This document shows positions 29,003 through 38,687 of a stretch of DNA of 64,000 bases, piece by piece. How positions within the stretch are numbered: position 1 is the first letter of the stretch; each line of letters begins with the position of its first letter. Where the stretch lies: contig LUCB01000012.1 of assembly GCA_001593865.1 (NCBI GenBank), positions 2,485-66,484 on the forward strand, written 5' to 3'. The DNA is from Candidatus Bathyarchaeota archaeon B24 (GTDB lineage: Archaea > Thermoproteota > CALKCG01 > B24). Under the pieces are notes generated by a model. The model was not told the DNA's origin, did not search any database, and was given only the letters and a program-made list of their open reading frames with translations. A program made the position numbers and the translations under genes.

Positions 29003-29932
29003 TTGATCAAGAGAGGTAGATGCGCCCTGACCTTAAAGGGGTTCGAAGGGTTTCTCAAAGCCGGTGAGATAGCCCGTGGGGCAAGGAGGTTCGCTGCAAG
29101 CCTCGTGGAGAGCGGTGTCAGCGTGTTCGAGCTCTGTGAACGGGTAGAGGATTACATAAGACGTATGGGTGGTGAGCCGGCCTTCCCCTGTAACGTGTGC
29201 ATCAATGATGTGGCTGCGCATTACACGGCTAAACCCGGCGATACGCTTGAGATCCCTGAGGGCTCGGTTGTTAAGGTGGACCTGGGGGTTCAGGTCGATG
29301 GATATCCGGTCGACACGGCCGTGACGGTTGTCTTGGACGATAGGCTTACGTTTCTTAAGGAGGCCGCCGAGGAGGCTTTGAGAAGGGCTTTGAAGACAGT
29401 CGGACCTGGGGTTAACGTTTCAGAGGTCGGTAGGGTTGTGCTTGAAACGGCTAAATCTTACGGCTTGAAGCCTATAAGGAACCTGTCTGGCCATGAGGTG
29501 GCTAGGTATAATCTGCATGCAGGGCTTTCGATACCCAATGTGCCGTCCTATGGTGGAAAGTTTAAACCCCATAGGGTTTATGCGGTCGAACCCTTCATGA
29601 CGACGTCGGAGGCTAGGGGTCTCGTAGTGGAAGCAGGTGCTCCGACGATCTACCGTTGCATATCCTATAAGAGGGTTCGAGACCGATACGCGGATATGCT
29701 TCTGAAAAAGCTGTGGTTTAAGTTCAGAGGCCTACCCTTCACAGAGCGTTGGTTTAGGAAAATGGGTTTGAAACCTAAGCTCGTAGAGGCTTGGGAGACC
29801 GTGAAGAAGCTTAAGATGGTGAGAGGCTATAGGGTTCTAAAAGAGGCTTCAGGAGGCCTGGTATCCCAAGCCGAGGAGTCGATACTCGTCACGGAGGATG
29901 GCTGCATAGAGCTCACAGGGTTCTTAGAATAG
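29003..29932 (+). CDS. map: Methionine aminopeptidase type II
   Basis: AFPCN, AAHYT, KVDLGVQVDG..DTA, NLSGH, AVEPF, SQAE. Confidence 0.94.
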   Translation: MIKRGRCALTLKGFEGFLKAGEIARGARRFAASLVESGVSVFELCERVEDYIRRMGGEPAFPCNVCINDVAAHYTAKPGDTLEIPEGSVVKVDLGVQVDGYPVDTAVTVVLDDRLTFLKEAAEEALRRALKTVGPGVNVSEVGRVVLETAKSYGLKPIRNLSGHEVARYNLHAGLSIPNVPSYGGKFKPHRVYAVEPFMTTSEARGLVVEAGAPTIYRCISYKRVRDRYADMLLKKLWFKFRGLPFTERWFRKMGLKPKLVEAWETVKKLKMVRGYRVLKEASGGLVSQAEESILVTEDGCIELTGFLE

Positions 29933-29933
29933 C

Positions 29934-30320
29934 CTACTCTCCCTCTCTATATATCGCGAGTATCACCATAGGTGTCAGACACCTAGGGCAGTTATCTCCA
30001 GGACCTAGCACATAGTCCCCCCTTCTGAAAGGCCTGAGGTCTCTAAACCCGCATCTAAGACAGTGCATAACCGTGTGAACCTTATATTCTTTGGATTTGG
30101 GCGTTTTCGGTCTTCTTAAAACCGTCTGAGCTAGGGTGTACCCGGACAAAGCAAGCCCCATTAAACCTACCATGAGATAGTAAAGGGCGGCTTCTCTCTC
30201 ACCTCCGAGGTATGCGCTATAAGCCTGGACGAGAAAACCTATGCTTAAAACCATAAGCGCCGTTATTATCGCCGTAGCAACCAGCATCGCGAGGCTTCGT
30301 CTGGTGGGCATGGTCGCCAT
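29934..30320 (-). CDS. Two-TM membrane protein with C-terminal zinc ribbon
   Basis: Hydrophobic N-half; CLRCG...CPRC. Confidence 0.7.
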   Translation of the reverse strand: MATMPTRRSLAMLVATAIITALMVLSIGFLVQAYSAYLGGEREAALYYLMVGLMGLALSGYTLAQTVLRRPKTPKSKEYKVHTVMHCLRCGFRDLRPFRRGDYVLGPGDNCPRCLTPMVILAIYREGE

Positions 30321-30324
30321 CCTC

Positions 30325-31467
30325 TTACTGGCCGATCCCCAGGGTGTTACCTATCCCCGCCAGCAGAATAGTGTCACCTATCTTCGTCTTCTCCCTTATA
30401 AGGCGTCTAACCCGTTCGACAGCCTTCTCGACGCCCGCATAGATCTCGCGTCTCATAGGAGATATCGCGTCGTATAGAGACTCTTTGATGGCGACCGCGT
30501 AGAGAGGAACGCGAAACCTTTTGGCAACCTCCTCGATCTTAAACTTTTCGACACCTATACCCCCTATAGCCGCGCCCACACCCTCAGCAACCTCGCCGAC
30601 TTTTTCACCCTCAAGCTTTAACGCAGCATCGACCATTATGACAGCTGTCACATCGCCTCTGCTACCCAGGATCTTCTCGACCGCCTCACCCGGTTTGCCT
30701 ACGTTACCACCCGGCCCGAGTGCTTTGACGACTATAAGCCTCCTATTATCCACTTCAACCTCGGCCATAACCGTGTCTTCGGCTATGACCCTCTTCTCGG
30801 CACCGTACATAAACCTAGCCGCCACAAGACTTCCTGCCCCGTCTCCTATCGGTTGACCGTCCCTGAACGCCTTGACCGCAGCCGACAGAGCCTTTGCCTC
30901 TTGAAGAACCATAGGCAGGATGGCGTCGGCCTGGTAGATCACGAAGAGGCTCATAGTCTTCTTACCCAGCAGGTAGTAGTGTCTGATTACCCTATATATC
31001 CGGTCTAAAGAACTGCCGGCTTCAAGAAGTCCCTCGAGATTTCTAAGTCGAGCATCATCTACGCCAGGTACAAGGCTCTTGATCTCCCATCTAAGTCTCT
31101 CCTCCCTCGTGTCGAGGATGTGCTCGATCTTACCCACTATACCAAACGGGTCTAGAGAAGTAGGCTCTATCCAGAAATATTCGAGTAATCTGTCGACCTC
31201 AGCCTCAAGACCAGGTTTGTTGGAAAGCACCTTAATGGTCTCGATGATCGTCTGCCTAGCCTCATCCCTCATCCTCTTGATCTTATGTAAACCTATCTCG
31301 ACGTTCCTAAGCATAACCCAGATCTGAAACTTTTGACCGTAAAGTATGCTGAAGAGAAACAGGGCTATGAATATGGCTTGAAAGACCAGCCCGAGTATGT
31401 CTCCTTGCGTACCGGCGCCTGAGACCTGCTGAAGCGTAACACCCAACCCCGGCTCTAAACTAAACAT
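30325..31467 (-). CDS. DUF1512 family protein
   Basis: GQPIGDGAG, MVDAALKLEGE, GIGNTLGIGQ; start moved to ATG 31467 because the longer call overlaps the 5S rRNA. Confidence 0.8.
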   Translation of the reverse strand: MFSLEPGLGVTLQQVSGAGTQGDILGLVFQAIFIALFLFSILYGQKFQIWVMLRNVEIGLHKIKRMRDEARQTIIETIKVLSNKPGLEAEVDRLLEYFWIEPTSLDPFGIVGKIEHILDTREERLRWEIKSLVPGVDDARLRNLEGLLEAGSSLDRIYRVIRHYYLLGKKTMSLFVIYQADAILPMVLQEAKALSAAVKAFRDGQPIGDGAGSLVAARFMYGAEKRVIAEDTVMAEVEVDNRRLIVVKALGPGGNVGKPGEAVEKILGSRGDVTAVIMVDAALKLEGEKVGEVAEGVGAAIGGIGVEKFKIEEVAKRFRVPLYAVAIKESLYDAISPMRREIYAGVEKAVERVRRLIREKTKIGDTILLAGIGNTLGIGQ

Positions 31468-31507
31468 GTGAAGCCCTTCCAAATATAAATCTTCAGAGAA
31501 TAGTACG

Positions 31508-31627
31508 GTTGCCGGCATCCCCCACCCCTCCTAGGGTCTCCCACTAGGGGGAGAGGGAGACGTGGCGTGGTTTGACTTCCGTGTTCGAAATGGGTACGGG
31601 TCGAACCCACGCCCTATGACCGGCAAC
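31508..31627 (-). rRNA. rrf: 5S ribosomal RNA (stand-alone)
   Basis: Reverse complement GTTGCCGGTCATAGGGCGTGG...CCCGTACCCATTTCGAACACGGAAGTCAAACCACGCC...GCCGGCAAC; 120 nt, paired ends, TTTATA box about 25 nt upstream. Confidence 0.95.
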
Positions 31628-31691
31628 CAGGAGATATGGGAAACCTAGAGCTATATAAACGTTAAACCTCTCGAGGTGAGAGGCTTCGAAC

Positions 31692-32114
31692 CTACTGTAG
31701 CGACAGCTTAGCTATAAACTCGTTACCGTTCTTGGTTGTTACGGTTATCGTGATTATGTCTCCTCTTGAAAACTCGCCCTCTGATGTCACGTCTATGACC
31801 ACGACTTCACCGGCTTTCACGGACTTGGAACCTTTCCAAGAGCAAAAGGCATCGGTCTTTTCCACCGTTACCTCAGCTATCTCCGCCGTCACAGTGCCTA
31901 TGTTCCTTATCTGAATCTTTATCTTCGTGCTCGTAGCCAGTACGGCCTTCTCGACCATAAGCTCCTCAGACCCGGTGGCTCCACTTATCATATTTGAAAC
32001 CCAAGTCCACAGGATCGCCGTAGCAGCTACGGCTAAAACGATGAGTAGCAAAGTCGCTACTACCGGGCTTAACGCTTTCCTATGGCTTTTAAACTTCGTG
32101 ATCAGCATACTCAT
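31692..32114 (-). CDS. Archaeal type IV pilin-like protein
   Basis: Class III signal peptide RKA/LSPVVATLLLIVLAVAA. Confidence 0.85.
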   Translation of the reverse strand: MSMLITKFKSHRKALSPVVATLLLIVLAVAATAILWTWVSNMISGATGSEELMVEKAVLATSTKIKIQIRNIGTVTAEIAEVTVEKTDAFCSWKGSKSVKAGEVVVIDVTSEGEFSRGDIITITVTTKNGNEFIAKLSLQ

Positions 32115-32227
32115 AATCTGTAAATAATGTATTTATCCCCTATTTTATAAGGGTTTTCTTGTTTTTACCAAAATGTCGGGTTAACTGATCTTATATTTTC
32201 CAAAAAATCCTAACTCTTCTTTGTTTT

Positions 32228-32902
32228 TCACAACTTCTCTCTTTTAAGAGCCTCCCATCCCCCCTTCTGCTTGGTAAGCACGATATCAAACGCCTCCTTA
32301 GCCGTTAGAGTCTCAGGCTCCGCTCCGGTGGCAGCCTTAACGAGGCTTTTAGCAGCCCTCAAAACCTCGTCGCATAGGGTCGAGTCTATTTTATCCGCTA
32401 GATGGGCTATGAGAGCCTCTAGGGTTTTGGGGCTGAAGGGTCCATAGCGTCCATGAATGGCTAAAACGCCGTGGATCACATCCATCGGAAACCCCCTCCT
32501 GATCAGCTCTGAAACAACCAGCGTGTGGTGGTCTATCCTCTCACCTATCTCGCTAAACCCTGACGGAGACCCCTCCTCATAGACCACCGTTTTATATATG
32601 TCGTGGAGTAGCGTAGATGCTAAAACCACATCCTCGTCGACATCGCAGCCGTAGACCTCCTTAACTATACGGCATAACGCCAGACCCAGCTTAGCACATG
32701 CAACCGTATGGTCTAGGAGGCCTCCCTTGTAGGAATGGTGGTATCCCCTAGACCCCCACCCCTCTTCAAGCTGAGGAGGCTTAACCCTGGTTCCTGAAAG
32801 CTCAAACTCAGGGTTTTCCATAAAGTCTTTGACGAGCTGTCTGAGCTTTTTATCCCCGATCATCTCTATCAGGTTAAGAAGCTCGCCATAGAGTTTACCC
32901 AC
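32228..32902 (-). CDS. HD-domain phosphohydrolase (YhaM-like)
   Basis: HHSYKGGLLDHT, LLHDIYK, HLAD. Confidence 0.82.
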   Translation of the reverse strand: MGKLYGELLNLIEMIGDKKLRQLVKDFMENPEFELSGTRVKPPQLEEGWGSRGYHHSYKGGLLDHTVACAKLGLALCRIVKEVYGCDVDEDVVLASTLLHDIYKTVVYEEGSPSGFSEIGERIDHHTLVVSELIRRGFPMDVIHGVLAIHGRYGPFSPKTLEALIAHLADKIDSTLCDEVLRAAKSLVKAATGAEPETLTAKEAFDIVLTKQKGGWEALKREKL

Positions 32903-32959
32903 TTAGATACACCGCTAAAAATAGTCTCAGGTGTAAAGTTTAAGTATTCGGCCTCCTCG

Positions 32960-33748
32960 TCAGGCTCCGAACCTTCTCCGCCGCCTCTGATACGTTCTTA
33001 TAGCCCTGAGAAGGTCTATCTCACGGAATTCAGGCCAATAGACATCTAAAAAGCAAAGCTCACTGTAGGCGCTCTGCCATAGCAGGAACCCGCTAAGCCT
33101 CTCCTCACCGCTCGTCCTTATTATCAGGTCAGGCTCAGGATTCGGGAGATGGGCTGTGTAAAGGTGTTTCTGAAAGAGCTCCTCGTTTATATCCTCAGGT
33201 TTAAGACGTTCCTCAGCTATAAGCTTGGCTATGCTCCTAACGGCGTCGATTATCTCCCTCCTACCGCCGTAGGCTAAGGCTATGTTGAGCCACCTCTCTC
33301 CATAATGCGAAGTCTTATCCTCAACCTCCTCGGCGGTTTTCCTAACGCTTTCAGGCAGGAGCTCAAGGGCGCCAAGAATCTTAATCCTGACCCTGTGCTC
33401 GTGGATATCTGGGTTATCGAGGAGCTGCTTTAGCTTCTCCTCGAAAAGCCTGAAAAGCTCCTCGACCTCTCGTCTAGGTCTCCTGAAGTTTTCGGTCGAA
33501 AACGCGTACAGGGTTATCGTTTTTACACCTAGGTCTAGGCACCATTTTAAAACGTCCTCGACTTTTTCAGCCCCAAACCTGTGTCCAAGCCATGGGGGAT
33601 ACCCGCGTTTAGAAGCCCATCTTCTGTTCCCATCGAGTATTATCCCGACGTGACCAGGTATAGCACCTTTCTTAACCTCCCGTCTAAGCCACCACTTATA
33701 GACCCTGTAAACTCCTATTATCTTTAGAAAGCCTCTAACCCAATCCAT
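32960..33748 (-). CDS. uppS: cis-prenyltransferase (undecaprenyl/tritrans,polycis diphosphate synthase)
   Basis: ILDGNRR, AFSTENF, IRTSGEERLSGFLLWQ. Confidence 0.95.
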   Translation of the reverse strand: MDWVRGFLKIIGVYRVYKWWLRREVKKGAIPGHVGIILDGNRRWASKRGYPPWLGHRFGAEKVEDVLKWCLDLGVKTITLYAFSTENFRRPRREVEELFRLFEEKLKQLLDNPDIHEHRVRIKILGALELLPESVRKTAEEVEDKTSHYGERWLNIALAYGGRREIIDAVRSIAKLIAEERLKPEDINEELFQKHLYTAHLPNPEPDLIIRTSGEERLSGFLLWQSAYSELCFLDVYWPEFREIDLLRAIRTYQRRRRRFGA

Positions 33749-33853
33749 AGGGGCTAGGAGAATACCCCGAGCCGACGGATTTATAGTTTGTGACAGCCAG
33801 TCGTGAAAAGGATATTAGCCCGTAGCCTACTTCTATCTCCTTCGATGTAAACA

Positions 33854-34996
33854 ATGCTCAACGTTATGGCCACCCTACCGCCTGGGTTCGAAGAGGAGGC
33901 TTGTAGAGAGCTTAGATGGTTCAATGTTAAAGTTCAGGAAGTCCGGGGTCTCCGAGGTAGGATATTCTTCGCATGCCCCGAGCCGGAGGTCGTTGAGCTG
34001 AACTATAGGTCAAGATGTCTCGAGAGGATCGTAGTTATCCTCCTCAGATGCGAGGTGGAGGGTCTTGAAGAGGTCTATAGACGCGTCAGAGGTTTAGAGT
34101 TCGGTCGTTGGATATCTAGCGGACAGAGCTTCGCGGTAAGGGCCTCCAGGATAGGCTCTCATCCGTATACGTCTATGGACATAGCCCGTGAAGCCGGGAG
34201 AGCGGTCATAGACAGCTACCTGTCTTCTAAAGGTGTTAGGTTAAAGGTTAACCTAGATGAGCCTGACGTGATCGTGAGGGTTTACCAGGTCAAAAACGAG
34301 TTGATAGTAGGCATAGACACGACGGGAGACTGGGCTCTGCATAAACGTGGCTACCGGGTCTACGACCACCCCGCTGCGTTAAACCCCTGTATAGCCTCCG
34401 CCATGATAATAGCCTCAAACTGGAAACCAAGCGATAGTCTGATAGACCCCATGTGCGGAGGCGGCACGATCCCGATAGAGGCTGCTTTAAAAGGTTTAAA
34501 CATCCCACCGGCTAAATTTAGGAGAAAACCCCTAGCCATATCAAACCTTAAGGTCTTTCAGGTGTATCTCGAAGCTTTTTCAGCTGAGGGGCTTTGCTCA
34601 GAGGGTTCCACGCTTGACATATGGGGTCTAGACATAAGCCCTAAACACGTAGCTGGCGCTGTTCAAAACTCCAAAGCCGCCGGTGTAGATAAGGTGATCA
34701 AGTTTCTAGTCGGGGATGCTACGAGGCTTAGGAGAATATTCGACAGAAGCTTCGACTTCGCCATAGTAAACCCGCCTTACGGGCTGAGGTCTTCGTCGCC
34801 CAGGGCTTTGAGGAAGCTTTACGATGGTCTAGCATCATCGATGGTTAGGCTTCTGGAGAAGCGTCTTGTAACCATAACCCATAGAGTCGGGACGATGCGT
34901 GAAGCCCTCTTATCAAACGGTTTCGAGATAGAGTTCGAAAAGCCTGTTAAACACGGAGACCTACCCTGCTGGGTTCTATCGGCTAGACCACCTTAA
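33854..34996 (+). CDS. trm14: tRNA (guanine-6 N2)-methyltransferase, THUMP + Rossmann fold
   Basis: THUMP, LHKRGYR..HPAAL, DPMCGGGTI, NPPYG. Confidence 0.85.
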   Translation: MLNVMATLPPGFEEEACRELRWFNVKVQEVRGLRGRIFFACPEPEVVELNYRSRCLERIVVILLRCEVEGLEEVYRRVRGLEFGRWISSGQSFAVRASRIGSHPYTSMDIAREAGRAVIDSYLSSKGVRLKVNLDEPDVIVRVYQVKNELIVGIDTTGDWALHKRGYRVYDHPAALNPCIASAMIIASNWKPSDSLIDPMCGGGTIPIEAALKGLNIPPAKFRRKPLAISNLKVFQVYLEAFSAEGLCSEGSTLDIWGLDISPKHVAGAVQNSKAAGVDKVIKFLVGDATRLRRIFDRSFDFAIVNPPYGLRSSSPRALRKLYDGLASSMVRLLEKRLVTITHRVGTMREALLSNGFEIEFEKPVKHGDLPCWVLSARPP

Positions 34997-35780
34997 CGGC
35001 GAACCTATCCCCTGGTTTAAGCCCGAAAAATCTGCTACCACTACCCATGTTAACGGCTAGCTCGAGCATGCGGAAGCTATCGACTATAGCCAACGGGGTG
35101 CCTGGGTCGACTTCTCCATAGGCTTCCACAAGCCTAACCTCAAACCTCTTCGAGCCTGTCTCCACGAGAAGACGGCTACCTCTACCGATGCTTAACGTTT
35201 TAAGCAGTTTCTCGTCTATATTTGTGACCACGTTTCCGAACCCGTCGACGTAGAGGACTTCCCCGTAGATACATTCTCCTTTGAGCCTAGGTTTAGGAAA
35301 GCTGAGCTCGACGTAGCTTAGAGAAGGCTCCCCGAGATGCTCAGCCCTCTCTCCTATAGAGAGTCTAGCGGCGGCGGGGGCAAACAGGTCTCTACCGTGA
35401 AAGGTATGCGAAACCCACCCTATACGCACTTTATCCTCTAAGATTCTGTATACCCGTCTCAGGCCGAGTCTCCTCGCCGCAGGTATCAGAAGACCGTTGT
35501 CTGGTCCTACGAGGAGACCCCTATCACACTCCACTATCAGGGGTCTTCTAGCGGTTCCGACACCTGGGTCGACCACCCCTACGTGTATGCTTCCTTCTGG
35601 AAAATACTCTACAATATGGGCCAGTATGAAAGCCCCCATCCTGACGTTAAACTTATCTATGGAGTGAGTTATGTCGACTATCACAGCTTCAGGGTTTATC
35701 CTCAATATCACGGCCTTCATGGCGGCTGGGTATGGGTCTGACAATCCGAAGTCTGTAAGCAGGGTTATTATTTTTCCCAT
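34983..35780 (-). CDS. SAM hydroxide adenosyltransferase (DUF62, chlorinase/fluorinase family)
   Basis: ITLLTDFG, VVDPGVGT, GPDNG, TFHGRD, DGFGN. Confidence 0.92.
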   Translation of the reverse strand: MGKIITLLTDFGLSDPYPAAMKAVILRINPEAVIVDITHSIDKFNVRMGAFILAHIVEYFPEGSIHVGVVDPGVGTARRPLIVECDRGLLVGPDNGLLIPAARRLGLRRVYRILEDKVRIGWVSHTFHGRDLFAPAAARLSIGERAEHLGEPSLSYVELSFPKPRLKGECIYGEVLYVDGFGNVVTNIDEKLLKTLSIGRGSRLLVETGSKRFEVRLVEAYGEVDPGTPLAIVDSFRMLELAVNMGSGSRFFGLKPGDRFAVKVV

Positions 35781-35987
35781 GTATTCTTCACCGGGATTTT
35801 TAGACGGAGAGGCTTCTTAAAAATAAATCCTAGTGATACATAAAATGATACATAGGTATCATCTTTTACTAGAGTTTTAGTCTAAAAATACCCTTAGACC
35901 GTTAAACTCCTTGCCCTCTAAAGCGGCTATTCCACAGCTTTCTTTAAACAATCCATTAAAGACGTTTCAACCCTCCTAGTTCATGAG

Positions 35988-36608
35988 GTGTTTCCTACGT
36001 CCATGAAAAAATGGGAGAAAGGTGGGAGGATATTTCAAAGAACCCCTCTGAAGAAGAGGCTTACCATGGCTATACACAGGCTTAAAGTACAGTATTCTAG
36101 GGTCGAAGGAGCAGCTATGCGGATGAGTAGACACGAGAAGGAGCTCTTCGAGAAATGTGTGAACGCTCAGATGAAAGGGGACTCTGCCAGGGCGGCGCTC
36201 TACGCGAACGAATGCGCCGAAGCACGTAAAATGTCTAAGATAGTTTTAGGGGCTCAGCTTGCTCTTGAGAAAGCTATACTCAGGCTTGAAACTGTTCACC
36301 AGTTGGGTGAAACGGCCGCCGCGATAATCCCCGTGGCCCGTATACTTAAAGCGGTTCAGAAAGACCTAGCCGGGGTCATACCTGAAGTCAGCTACGAGAT
36401 CGGGGTCATAAGCGATGAGATCGGTAAGATGGTCGTCGAAGTCGGTGAAGCAACCGGTATGGTCGTCGACATGGAAGCCGCCAGCGAGGAGGCTAAGAAG
36501 ATTCTCGAAGAGGCCTCCGCTGTGGCCGAGCAGAGGCTTAAGGAGAAGCTTCCAGAGCTCCCTACGATACCTACCCCAGACACGTCTACACCGACACCTG
36601 GGCATTAG
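35988..36608 (+). CDS. ESCRT-III / CdvB-like (Snf7 family) cell-division protein
   Basis: Helical Snf7 core, RAALYANECAEARK, EEAKKILEEA, Pro-rich tail. Confidence 0.85.
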   Translation: MFPTSMKKWEKGGRIFQRTPLKKRLTMAIHRLKVQYSRVEGAAMRMSRHEKELFEKCVNAQMKGDSARAALYANECAEARKMSKIVLGAQLALEKAILRLETVHQLGETAAAIIPVARILKAVQKDLAGVIPEVSYEIGVISDEIGKMVVEVGEATGMVVDMEAASEEAKKILEEASAVAEQRLKEKLPELPTIPTPDTSTPTPGH

Positions 36609-36656
36609 ACCCGAAGGTTTAAGTCAGATCCTCCACCACAATTTTTCGTTAGATAG

Positions 36657-37508
36657 ATGTCTAAATTGGAGAACCGGCGTGGTATCTTAGTGTCGAAGCT
36701 TAGAGAGGTGTCTGCTAGACGTAGGAATCTCCTAGAAGAGATTAGGAGGCTCAGAAAGAAACGTGATGAACTCAACGAGGATGCTAGACGGATAGTCGAG
36801 GAGCTCAAGGCCTTAAGGACAGGTTACAGGCGTCTCCGCTCGGAAATATCTAGCCTAAGAGATAAGCTCAAAGAGGAATATGCCAGGCTTAAGGAGGTCA
36901 GGGACCTCATCCAACGGGCGCGCCTCAAGATGGAGAAGGTTGCTAAGCCGAAAACACCGCTTAGGAAGCTTAAGAACCGTATGGAGGAGCTTGAGTGGGT
37001 GCTTCAGACGTCGCCTACGGATCTAGAGATGGAGCGTAGAATAGCGAGTGAGATAGCTGAACTCCAGGTCGAGGTTAAAGCCCATGAGAAGATCAGAGAG
37101 CTTAAACAAGACCTGATGCGTCTCCGGGCGGTTCGAGAAGCCATTAAGCTCAGGATAAACTCGATTAAAAGTAGGATCGATGAGTTGAAAGATGAAAGGG
37201 ATAGGGTTAGACAGGCCATAACCGAGCTCGAGGAGCGGTATAAGGCGGTTAGGGAGAGAGCCGACGGTTTCCATCATGCATTGGTCGAGAAGCTTAACGA
37301 AGCTAAGACGTTAAGGGCCGAGGAGAAAGTTATAATCGAAGAGCTTAAGCAGATGGAGCTTGAGGAGCGGAAGATGGCTGAGGAAAAAGCCAAGGCGGTT
37401 TTAGCCGAGCTGGCTAGGAGGGCGTTAGACAAGCTGAGGAACGGCGGTAAAGTTACGGTCGAGGAGCTTAAGGCCATAGCTGAGGCTGAGGATATGGGGG
37501 TGATCTAG
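36657..37508 (+). CDS. Archaeal coiled-coil protein (COG1340-like)
   Basis: Long heptads; LEWVLQT and KLRNGGKVTVEEL motifs; adjacent to DUF373. Confidence 0.7.
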   Translation: MSKLENRRGILVSKLREVSARRRNLLEEIRRLRKKRDELNEDARRIVEELKALRTGYRRLRSEISSLRDKLKEEYARLKEVRDLIQRARLKMEKVAKPKTPLRKLKNRMEELEWVLQTSPTDLEMERRIASEIAELQVEVKAHEKIRELKQDLMRLRAVREAIKLRINSIKSRIDELKDERDRVRQAITELEERYKAVRERADGFHHALVEKLNEAKTLRAEEKVIIEELKQMELEERKMAEEKAKAVLAELARRALDKLRNGGKVTVEELKAIAEAEDMGVI

Positions 37509-38681
37509 ATGCCTAAACCCGACGAGCGACCTATGAGGTTTCTTGTGATATGTGTCGATAGAGACGACGACTTAGGGGTTAAAACGGGGATAAAGTCCCC
37601 TGTCATCGGTAAGGAGAACGTCCTCGAGGCGGGTCTGAAGCTGATAATGACCGACCCTGAGGAGGCCGATGCTAACACGATGTTCGAGGCCGTGCGTATA
37701 ATGGAGAACCTACAGGCCAAGGATGAGGAGAACGTTTACGAAGTCGTGGTTTTAACAGGCTCTAGGGAGGATGATATCGAAGCCGATAGGAGGATCTCTG
37801 AGGGGTTGAGACAGGTTTTAGAGGTTTACCCGGCAGATGCAGCTATACTCGTCTCAGACGGCTACACGGACCAGCAGGTCTTCCCGATAATACAGTCGCA
37901 GGTCCCGATAATCTCCGTGAGGCGTTTCGCCGTTAAACACAGCCAATCCCTCGAGACCAGCTGGTACATAATCACCAGGTACCTGAGTATGCTTCTCCAA
38001 GACCCGAGGTATACCAAATGGACGCTTGGATTACCCGGCATAATAGTCCTGTTCCTCTCGATACTCTACGTTCTAACGCTCTTCTATCCCGAGATCCCGC
38101 TACTCCCATATACCACCGCGGCGGTTTTGATAATCACCGGGTTGACTCTATTCGTCAAGGGATTCGAGATAGACAAATCCATAAGCTACGTTTTCTCGGA
38201 GGTGGCTTCCAGACCGTCGATATTGATAAGGGTCTTCGGCTACGTAGCCGGTATAATAATATGCGGCCTAGGGATATCCCAGGGCTTTTCATCGGTAGCG
38301 GAGAACGTGCCCTTAGGAAGCCTTACAGACTTCCAGATGTTTATGAAATACTCTAACGTGATAATCGCGAGTTTTATCGAGGGCGTCTCAAGCTTCTTCC
38401 TCATGGGATTGTCGGTCATGTTAGCAGGGAGAGCGTTGTTCGATTACATACATAGAAACCTGAGGCTTCTGATAGATATAGTAGGCTTGATATCCGTCTT
38501 CATGATAATAGAGACGGTTATCCAGTCTACCCCCATACTCAGAGAACCTCCCCAGTCGATAACAAGCCCAGAAGTTATGGGTTTCCTACTATGGATATTG
38601 CTCGCGATAACGATGATAGCGGCCTCATCCCTCATAGCCCATAGGCTAAGGGAGAAGCTGGCTAAAACCTGGAGGGATTAA
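37509..38681 (+). CDS. DUF373 family membrane protein
   Basis: LVICVDRDDDLG.K, DPEEADAN, VSDG..D. Confidence 0.88.
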   Translation: MPKPDERPMRFLVICVDRDDDLGVKTGIKSPVIGKENVLEAGLKLIMTDPEEADANTMFEAVRIMENLQAKDEENVYEVVVLTGSREDDIEADRRISEGLRQVLEVYPADAAILVSDGYTDQQVFPIIQSQVPIISVRRFAVKHSQSLETSWYIITRYLSMLLQDPRYTKWTLGLPGIIVLFLSILYVLTLFYPEIPLLPYTTAAVLIITGLTLFVKGFEIDKSISYVFSEVASRPSILIRVFGYVAGIIICGLGISQGFSSVAENVPLGSLTDFQMFMKYSNVIIASFIEGVSSFFLMGLSVMLAGRALFDYIHRNLRLLIDIVGLISVFMIIETVIQSTPILREPPQSITSPEVMGFLLWILLAITMIAASSLIAHRLREKLAKTWRD

Positions 38682-38687
38682 TTCGAT

